From positions 78,411 through 142,410 of the forward strand of contig JAKAYL010000002.1 of NCBI GenBank assembly GCA_021809545.1: a stretch of DNA of 64,000 nucleotides. The letters run 5' to 3'. This DNA comes from Thermoplasmata archaeon (GTDB lineage: Archaea > Thermoplasmatota > Thermoplasmata > Lutacidiplasmatales > UBA184). The notes beneath the pieces were generated by a model that had not been told where the DNA came from, did no database searches, and saw only the letters and a list, made by a program, of their open reading frames with translations. This document shows, in pieces, positions 8,980-15,813 of the stretch. Position 1 is the first letter of the stretch, and each line of letters opens with the position of its first letter. A program made the position numbers and the translations under genes.

Positions 8980-9051
8980 AATTCAAAGAAGGGCCCCTCC
9001 GTCAATAAGGTTTGCTGAGGAGGATCTCCGATGGACCTCCGGGGAAAACGT

Positions 9052-9711
9052 TCACTTCGGGCTGAACGCGGGGATCACGTACTTGAGGCTCTTGCCGGTC
9101 ACGACGACGCTCGCACCGGAGAGGACAAGGTCGTCCTGGGGGTTGAAGGCGACCCCGATCCGGGAGGCCCGGAAGAGCCCCACGTCGATCTCTGAGTTCC
9201 CGACCGAGCCGGTCTCCTCGGGCGAGATCCCGAGCTCCGCCTGAAGGGCCCGGAGGACCTCCTCCTTCCGCTTCACTGGGACGCGTACGATCCCTCGCAG
9301 GAGGACCCCGTTCGCGTCCGTCTCGAAGCCGTTCGCGAGCGCCCGGTCCATCCCGAGCTCCCGGCGGATACGCTCCGCGAGGATCTCGAGCCCTCCGCTG
9401 ATGATGACGGTCTGGATGCCGTGGGCATGGAGGTGGCTCATGAGCTCGTGGGCGCCCGGCATGAGAGGGACCTCCGCGAGGATCCCCTCCAAGTCGCGCG
9501 TGGAGATCTGCGGGGCGTGACGGCGCCACAGCGCAAGGTCCCGCTGAACGAACGCGGCATCATCGATCTCGTTGTTCATGAACGCCCGGACCGCCTCGTC
9601 ATTGTTCTCACCGAAGTGATGGTGGACGTACGCCCAGGAGCTCTCGACGTCGACTAGGGTCCCGTCCATGTCGAAGGCCACGAGGCGGAGAGGACGTTCG
9701 TGATGCGTCAC
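9052..9711 (-). CDS. HAD-IB family phosphatase (phosphoserine phosphatase-like)
   Basis: HAD motifs FDMDGTLVD (I), IISGG (II) and GNSEIDVGLF (IV). GTG start overlaps the valS stop (GTGA). Confidence 0.8.
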   Translation of the reverse strand: MTHHERPLRLVAFDMDGTLVDVESSWAYVHHHFGENNDEAVRAFMNNEIDDAAFVQRDLALWRRHAPQISTRDLEGILAEVPLMPGAHELMSHLHAHGIQTVIISGGLEILAERIRRELGMDRALANGFETDANGVLLRGIVRVPVKRKEEVLRALQAELGISPEETGSVGNSEIDVGLFRASRIGVAFNPQDDLVLSGASVVVTGKSLKYVIPAFSPK

Positions 9712-12371
9712 GGCAGCTCCTCCAGGTGCGCCGAGATGCTCCGAAGACGCGCTTCGAGCTCGGCCACCTTGGATTCGAGCTCTTTGCGGACGCTCTCCGG
9801 GGCACGAGCGGAGAAGGTGGGGTCCGCCAAGCGGGCTCGGGACTTCTCCAGGAGTTGTTCGACCATCCGCTTCTCCTTCAGGAGCGCCGTGTCGCCACCG
9901 GCCTCCCGGCCCTTACGGGCAAGATAGAGGGCACCAGGGGCGATCACGAGGGAGACGCTCGCCGGTCCCCCGCGGGGCTCTCCGGCGATCTCGAGGCTCC
10001 CCAGCTTCGCCAGCGTCTGGACGAGGGCGCGGACGTCCCCGGATTCCAGGGACCGTCGGGCGAGGGGAGCCGTGGGGTGGAAGACCGCGGCGGGACGCTC
10101 GGACTCCGCCCAACCCCCCTCCTTGGAGAGGGCCCGGAACCCCCGGACGATCTCCTGCAGGTTCGCCACCTCTTCCTCCGCCCCGTCCTCGGGGAGCAGC
10201 AGCGGTTCCGGCCAGGCCGAGACCGCCAGGAACTCCCCCTCGTGGGGAAGGGCGTGCCAGAGCTCCTCCGTCACATGGGGCAAGAAGGGATGGAGGAGGC
10301 GCAGCAAACGGTCCACCGTGTAGAGCAAGACCTCTGCGGTCTCCCGCTGGGCTTCCGTCCCCTTGACCCCCTTGAGACGGCTCTTCTGGGCCTCCAGGTA
10401 CCAATCTGCGACTTCCCGCCACAGGAACTGATGGAGGACCGAGGCGGCCTTGGTGAACTCGTAGTTGGAGAGGGTGGATCCCACTTCGCGCTCGGTGTAC
10501 GCGAGGCGGCGGAGGATCCACCGGTCGAAGAGGTCCTTCGCCTCTCGGGGGGCCGCTTTCGGCGCAGGCAGACCCGGGGGAAGGGCGCCCTGGACGAAAC
10601 GGACCACGTTCCAGAGCTTGGTGACGAAGTTTCGCCCTCCTTCCAAGTGGTGCGCGTAATCCCACCATCCGTTCTGGTCCACCGGGTTCGGGAAGACGAG
10701 GGCGAACCGGAACGCGTCCGCACCCCAGTTGTCGATGAATTCGAGGGGGTCGGGAGAGTTGCCGAGGTGCTTCGAGAGCTTCCGACCCTCCTTGTCCGTC
10801 AGGATACCGGTGAGGAACACGTCGGGGAAGGGAACCGCGTTCCGGAAGTTCAAGGAACTCATGATCATCCGGGCCACCCAGAAGAAGACGATGTCGGAGC
10901 CGGTGACGAGCACGTCGGAAGGGAAGTAGCCGGCAAGGTCGGCGGTTTCTTCGGGCCAACCGAGCGTCGCGAAGGGCCAGAGCCACGAGGAGAACCAGGT
11001 GTCGAGCACATCCGGGTCGGCGTGGAGGTCCGTGCTCCCGCATTTGGCACACGCGGCGGGAGCGCTCTCCTCCGCGTCAAAGGCCCCACACTTCCCACAG
11101 TACCAGACGGGGATCTCGTGCCCCCAGAGGATCTGGCGCGAGATGCACCAGTCCTGCAGGTTCTCCATGAAATGATAGTACGTGTTCGTCCAGCGGTCCG
11201 GGACGATGCGCACCTTTCCCTCCCGAACGGCGTCCAGGGCCCGCTTCCCCATCGACGACGTGTCCACGAACCACTGCGTCGAGAGCCGGGGCTCGACGGG
11301 GGCGTTCGAGCGCTCCGAGCGTCCGACGTTATGGGTGTGCGGCTCTTCCTTGACCAGAAGGCCCGCCTCCTTCAGCGCCTCCACCACGCGGGTGCGTCCC
11401 TCGTTGCAGGAGAGCCCGCGGAACGGCTCGGGAACGAATTCCCCGGCCAAGTGGGCGCGTTCGTCCAGGACCTCCCGGCGGGTGGGAAGATCGGGATGCC
11501 GCTTGGCGATGGTCAGGTCGGCGAGGTCGTGCGAAGGGGTGATCTTGAGCGCCCCGTTGCCGAAGGCCACGTCCACCCCCGTGTCGACGATGATCGGAAG
11601 CACACGGTCCGTGAGCGGCAGCCGCACGCGCTTCCCGACGAGGTGCCGGTGGCGTTCGTCCTCCGGGTTGACGGCGACGGCCACGTCGCCGAAGAGCGTT
11701 TCGGGCCGAGTGGTGGCCACCGTGATCCCCTCGCCCTCGTTCCCCTCCAGCGGATACCGAATGTACCAAAGCTTCCCGTGGGTCGTCACCGGGATGACCT
11801 CAAGGTCGGAGATGGCGGTGAGCAGCTTGGGGTCCCAGTTCACCATCTTCTCGGCCCGGTAGATGAGGCCCTCGCGGTACAGACGGAGGAAGGCGGTCTG
11901 TACCGCCTTCCGGTACCGGGGGTCCATGGTGTACGTGTACCGGGTCCAGTCCAGCGAGAAACCGTGGGCCGTGAGCTGGCGGCGGATGTACGTTTCCTTC
12001 TCCCCCTTCCAGTTCTCTATCTCTTGGCGAAGGTTCTCCCGGCTCAGATGGTTCACATCCACCCCCTTGGCCTCGAGGGCCTTGCGCACGGCCATCTGGG
12101 TGGCAAGCCCCGCGTGGTCGACACCCGGGAGCCAGAGGGTGGGTACCCCCTGCATCCGGCGCCAGCGTGCGAGGATGTCCATGCACGTGTCTCCCAAGCT
12201 GTGGCCCAGCGTCAGGGTGCCGGTCACATTGGGGGGAGGCAACAGGATCGTGCAATGGGCGGCTCCCGGGGCGACCGGGGGGGCCACGAAGAGCTTGTGC
12301 TCCTCCCACAGGGCCTGCCAGCGGCTCTCGAAGGACTTCGGATCGTACCGCGTGGGGATGCTGTCGTTCAT
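9708..12371 (-). CDS. valS: valyl-tRNA synthetase
   Basis: Class I motifs PPPNVTGTLTLGH (HIGH-type) and KLSKHLGNS (KMSKS-type), plus CISRQILWGH and a C-terminal coiled coil. Start set at ATG 12371 (MNDSIPTRYDPKSFESRW); the track ORF extends to 12485. Confidence 0.95.
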   Translation of the reverse strand: MNDSIPTRYDPKSFESRWQALWEEHKLFVAPPVAPGAAHCTILLPPPNVTGTLTLGHSLGDTCMDILARWRRMQGVPTLWLPGVDHAGLATQMAVRKALEAKGVDVNHLSRENLRQEIENWKGEKETYIRRQLTAHGFSLDWTRYTYTMDPRYRKAVQTAFLRLYREGLIYRAEKMVNWDPKLLTAISDLEVIPVTTHGKLWYIRYPLEGNEGEGITVATTRPETLFGDVAVAVNPEDERHRHLVGKRVRLPLTDRVLPIIVDTGVDVAFGNGALKITPSHDLADLTIAKRHPDLPTRREVLDERAHLAGEFVPEPFRGLSCNEGRTRVVEALKEAGLLVKEEPHTHNVGRSERSNAPVEPRLSTQWFVDTSSMGKRALDAVREGKVRIVPDRWTNTYYHFMENLQDWCISRQILWGHEIPVWYCGKCGAFDAEESAPAACAKCGSTDLHADPDVLDTWFSSWLWPFATLGWPEETADLAGYFPSDVLVTGSDIVFFWVARMIMSSLNFRNAVPFPDVFLTGILTDKEGRKLSKHLGNSPDPLEFIDNWGADAFRFALVFPNPVDQNGWWDYAHHLEGGRNFVTKLWNVVRFVQGALPPGLPAPKAAPREAKDLFDRWILRRLAYTEREVGSTLSNYEFTKAASVLHQFLWREVADWYLEAQKSRLKGVKGTEAQRETAEVLLYTVDRLLRLLHPFLPHVTEELWHALPHEGEFLAVSAWPEPLLLPEDGAEEEVANLQEIVRGFRALSKEGGWAESERPAAVFHPTAPLARRSLESGDVRALVQTLAKLGSLEIAGEPRGGPASVSLVIAPGALYLARKGREAGGDTALLKEKRMVEQLLEKSRARLADPTFSARAPESVRKELESKVAELEARLRSISAHLEELP

Positions 12372-12432
12372 ACCGAGACAGGGGGAATTACCGGCCGATG
12401 ACTTAAGCTGTGCCCAGCGCTTCCCAGCGGGC

Positions 12433-13074
12433 TCAGAGGCCCCCGGGAGGAGATTGGGAATGACCCGGGGCGCGTCTTCCTTCAAGGATCGTGTTCAACC
12501 GGGACTTCACCGAGGGCCACTCCCCCGAGAGGATGCTGAAGTACACAGAATCGCGGGGATACCCATCCCAGGTGATCATGTGGTGCCGGAGCACCCCCTC
12601 CCGTACCGCCCCGGTCTTTTCGATGGCCCGCTGGGAGCGCAAGTTCCGCCCGTCCGTCTTGAGCTCCACCCGCTCGATGCCCTCGCTCTCGAAGGCGTGC
12701 CGAAGGAGCAAGTACTTCGCGTCCAGGTTGACGGGGGTGCCCCAGAGGCGGCGTGCGATCCAGGTCCCCCCGATCTCGGCCCTCCGATCCTCTCGGGAGA
12801 TGTTGAGAAATCGGGTCATGCCCACGGCTCGATGCTCCTCGGCGACGAGCTCGATCGTGAAGGGAAGGGCCTCACCGGCGTCGCGCTCCCGCAGGAGGTG
12901 TCCGATCCACTCCTGGAGACGCTCCTCCGTGGTGGGGGGCTCGGACCTCCACCACCTCCAGATCTCCGGATCGCGCGTTTCCGACAGGAGCCGGGCTGCG
13001 TGCTCGGCCCGCAGCGGCACGAGGCGCACCCAGTGACCTTGTAGTTCCACCTCCTTTCGGAACAAACCCTCCAT
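12433..13074 (-). CDS. GNAT family N-acetyltransferase (RimJ/RimL-like)
   Basis: 213 aa with VRLVPLRAEHA..., GGTWIARRLWGT, VELKTDGRNLRSQRAIEKTGAVREGVLR, the typical RimJ/RimL acetyltransferase pattern. Confidence 0.8.
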   Translation of the reverse strand: MEGLFRKEVELQGHWVRLVPLRAEHAARLLSETRDPEIWRWWRSEPPTTEERLQEWIGHLLRERDAGEALPFTIELVAEEHRAVGMTRFLNISREDRRAEIGGTWIARRLWGTPVNLDAKYLLLRHAFESEGIERVELKTDGRNLRSQRAIEKTGAVREGVLRHHMITWDGYPRDSVYFSILSGEWPSVKSRLNTILEGRRAPGHSQSPPGGL

Positions 13075-13213
13075 GACCTACCTCGGTCGGTACGGTCCCT
13101 CGGGCCTGATAGCTTTGTCGATGCGTTTCCCGGTCGCGTGCGGCCTGCCGGTGGGCGAGTTCGCGGGCGGGGCCCGGTCGTCAGGGGGGCGCTATGAGGT
13201 CTCCGTCAAGGGA

Positions 13214-14449
13214 TCATTTAGGGAGGACCCTAGATAGCCGGGTCTTGAACGCGGGGGGCCCGACCCGACCGAGCACGATCCGTCGCGCGCCCATCCTTTG
13301 CTGCACTCGCGCGAGGGCCCGCGCGAGAGGTTCGGCCACTTCGTCCAAGTCGACACCAAGCTCCCACCAGGCCTTGGCCACCCGCAGTTCTTTCGTGGCC
13401 GACGCGTACTGGGGTTCGATGCGCCCCACCAGCCGGTCACCCAGCAGCACGGGCAGCACATAGTAGCCCCACCGGCGCAGATGCGCGGGCTTGTAGACCT
13501 CCCAGACATACTCGAATCCGAAGAGGGACCGGGAACGATTGCGGGAAGAGACCACTTCGAGCGGAGCGAGGAGGACCGCCTCGCTCTCCTCCGAGAGAGG
13601 CTTCCAGGAGGGCGGGAGGTTGCCCGCCGAGAGCGTTTCGAGCACGGGAAGGTCCTCGGTCCGGACGTAGCTGACCCCCCGCTCCCCTTCGACCTCCACG
13701 GGGGCCAGGAGACCCTTGCGGGCCAGCCGATCCACCAGCGCGATCCTCTCGGCACGCTGCGATCCTCGCCCTTCCGGACCGGTTCGCAGGTAGGGCGCCT
13801 CGTACTTTCCGAGCCACCCCAGCCATGCGGTTCGTTCGAGGGCCATTCGCTCGTGCGTCTCCTCAAGACCGTAGGGCGTTGGCAACCGGCCAAAGATCCG
13901 GGAGGTGAGGTCGTAATACTTCAGATTGGATTCCCGATGGTGGACCATGATCTCCATCCATCGCCACAGGTGGTGGAGGGCCACTCCCTCGAGCCGACTG
14001 CTCCGGTAGTGATCGACCTTCGTCCCGTCGAGGAATGCACTGCTGCTCAAGGGGCCGCTCCGGCGGATCTTCTCCCGAACCGCCTTCATCACCGTTGGAT
14101 TCTCCGCCTCCCAGCGTTGCATGTTGTCCGAGACGCCCGCGTGATGAACCCACGACCAGTGCAACCGAAGGGTGTCCCGGGGGTAGAGGAACAGCGTGCC
14201 CCCGTACTCGAACACCGCCCGCCGGCGGTAGAGCAAGGTCTCGAGGTGCTCGGGCCGGTAGCCCTCCACCCGGCTCTCAAGCACCAGGTCGTGGGAATGC
14301 CCGATCACCGCGAGGGGGTCGACCTGGACCGCCCGGACCGTCTCGAAGGCCTGCTCGAGCCCCGCGAGCCCCCTCCAACGCCTTCCAGGCCAGAGCCCCT
14401 GCCGCCCGAGAACGAACCGGCGACGGACTTGCGGCGTGACCTTGAGCAT
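13214..14449 (-). CDS. YcaQ-like winged-helix DNA-binding protein (DUF1006 family)
   Basis: Start set at ATG 14449: MLKVTPQVRRRFVLGRQGLW...AVQVDPLAVIGHSHDLVLESRV...GYYVLPVLLGDRLVGRIEP, which matches my memory of the YcaQ family pattern. Confidence 0.7.
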   Translation of the reverse strand: MLKVTPQVRRRFVLGRQGLWPGRRWRGLAGLEQAFETVRAVQVDPLAVIGHSHDLVLESRVEGYRPEHLETLLYRRRAVFEYGGTLFLYPRDTLRLHWSWVHHAGVSDNMQRWEAENPTVMKAVREKIRRSGPLSSSAFLDGTKVDHYRSSRLEGVALHHLWRWMEIMVHHRESNLKYYDLTSRIFGRLPTPYGLEETHERMALERTAWLGWLGKYEAPYLRTGPEGRGSQRAERIALVDRLARKGLLAPVEVEGERGVSYVRTEDLPVLETLSAGNLPPSWKPLSEESEAVLLAPLEVVSSRNRSRSLFGFEYVWEVYKPAHLRRWGYYVLPVLLGDRLVGRIEPQYASATKELRVAKAWWELGVDLDEVAEPLARALARVQQRMGARRIVLGRVGPPAFKTRLSRVLPK

Positions 14450-14617
14450 GCGATTGCCAGGGAGAAGGAAACGCAACTCATGATGCTTCCCATTTTGGGG
14501 AGGGTTCAACCGACGAAGGGGCCGCTGTTCGGTCCCCAAGTGGAATTGCATCCGGGTTCCCTTGGAGGGAAACCGGGGTCGGACCGGAAAAGGGGCCCAG
14601 ACCAGGCGGGCGAAAAG

Positions 14618-14624
14618 ATTAAAT
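14618..14624 (+). promoter_or_regulatory. TATA-like box (ATTAAAT) for rpoP
   Basis: AT-rich heptamer in GC-rich DNA, 26 nt upstream of ATG 14650. Same spacing as the other boxes listed. Confidence 0.4.
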
Positions 14625-14649
14625 TGGTAGGAGAAGATGGGAACGTTCC

Positions 14650-14784
14650 ATGTTCCGCTGCGTCCGATGCGGGGAGCCGCTCCCTGCGGATTACAACAGC
14701 TATGGCGTTCGCTGCGACTACTGCCACTCCAAGATCTTCCGAAAGGAACATCCGAACGTCAAGAAGGTCCTCAAGGCACGTTAG
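14650..14784 (+). CDS. rpoP: DNA-directed RNA polymerase subunit P (Rpo12)
   Basis: 44-codon ORF below the track cutoff: MFRCVRCGEPLPADYNSYGVRCDYCHSKIFRKEHPNVKKVLKAR. It has the CxxC...CxxC zinc ribbon and the K-rich ...KAR C-terminus typical of archaeal RpoP. Confidence 0.8.
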   Translation: MFRCVRCGEPLPADYNSYGVRCDYCHSKIFRKEHPNVKKVLKAR

Positions 14785-14821
14785 GATCCCGGATCCTACC
14801 GGCCCGCCTTTCTTCGGTGGT

Positions 14822-15745
14822 CTAGTCGTTGGGCGCAAGCTTGTGGGTCAGCACGATCCCGAGGAATGCGACCACCCCGAGGAAGCTGGCGGCGCTCGCC
14901 AAGAATATCGAGGCGGGCAGCAGGATACCGTAGATCGTCCCGATCCCTGCCACGAGAGGGAAGAGGGGAGTGACCACCGCCCCGAGGCTTCCGACGACCC
15001 CCCGGGGCACTCGCAATCCCCTATAGTACCAGAATGCGCCCCACAGGGCCACCCCGCCTGCGATCACCTCGATCACGGACATCGAATAGACGATGGTCAG
15101 GTACGTCTCGAGGTCGGGGAATTCGGAATAGCCAGGATTCTGATAGACCGAGGCATTCCCTGGAACCATGCCCACGACGAGGTGGGTCAGGTTCCCGCTC
15201 GGGCTCGTGTAGAAGCTCGAGAGGAAGACCGTGACGTTGGTCGTCTCGTAACCCACCTGTGAGAATTCCAGCAGGTGGACCCCGGTGGAGAGCGACGGCA
15301 GAGCGAACTGTCCTTGCGTCCCCGTGAAGACGACCACCGGGTGCGATTGGGGATCCACTGTGACCTGGACCCCGGAAAGCGGGGTGCTGCCCGAGACCAC
15401 CACCCCGCGGACGGAGAAGGTGTGGTCGAGGGATCCCCCGACACCGAAGAACCCGAAGATCCCGGCCAATACCAGGAGGAGGACCCCGGCGCCCGCCAGG
15501 AGGAAGGTGAAGGCCCGCTTCTGCTCCCAGGTCGCCTTCCGGGGCCAGACCGGCTCGGGATAGAGGGTGCGGTAGACCTCCCAGGAATAGAGGGGCGGCT
15601 CGGTGGGAGAGGGGAGGCTGGGGCAGGGATTCCAGCATCGGGGACAGGGGACCCACGCCATGAGCCCCGGGTGCGTCGGATGGCCCGCAAGGAATAGGAA
15701 CCCGCACCGGGGACACTTGATCTCGGTGGGCTGCTGCGGGAACAC
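14822..15745 (-). CDS. membrane protein: N-terminal zinc ribbon, TM, carboxypeptidase-regulatory-like beta-sandwich, C-terminal TM bundle
   Basis: GTG start at 15745, with a TTTTAT box 25 nt upstream. CPRCGF...CPRCWNPC, then TM helix FTFLLAGAGVLLLVLAGIFGFF, then VRGVVVSGSTPLSGVQVTVDP...GQFALPSLSTGVHLLEFSQVGY (CarboxypepD_reg-like), then 3-4 TM helices. Confidence 0.65.
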   Translation of the reverse strand: MFPQQPTEIKCPRCGFLFLAGHPTHPGLMAWVPCPRCWNPCPSLPSPTEPPLYSWEVYRTLYPEPVWPRKATWEQKRAFTFLLAGAGVLLLVLAGIFGFFGVGGSLDHTFSVRGVVVSGSTPLSGVQVTVDPQSHPVVVFTGTQGQFALPSLSTGVHLLEFSQVGYETTNVTVFLSSFYTSPSGNLTHLVVGMVPGNASVYQNPGYSEFPDLETYLTIVYSMSVIEVIAGGVALWGAFWYYRGLRVPRGVVGSLGAVVTPLFPLVAGIGTIYGILLPASIFLASAASFLGVVAFLGIVLTHKLAPND

Positions 15746-15813
15746 AGTTCCTAGTACTTCGTTCCCGAGATAAAATTGCCGAAGGGCCTTCCGCCACCGA
15801 AACTAGGTGCGGG

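Noticed and set aside
9726-12401. 891-aa plus-strand ORF covering almost all of valS in antisense
   Set aside because: Arg/Gly/Pro/Glu/Asp-dominated translation with no motifs. It mirrors the codon phase of a gene with unmistakable ValRS motifs. This is the typical stop-free antisense frame of GC-rich DNA.
14783-14797. GGATCC-C-GGATCC between rpoP and the convergent 14822 gene, as a terminator hairpin
   Set aside because: A 1-nt loop cannot form an RNA hairpin. It is just two adjacent BamHI-type palindromes, and there is no oligo-T tract.
13298-15262. 654-aa plus-strand ORF spanning the YcaQ-like gene, rpoP and part of the 14822..15745 gene
   Set aside because: It crosses three independently supported genes and an intergenic promoter region. 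Pro/Arg/Gly-rich with no motifs.
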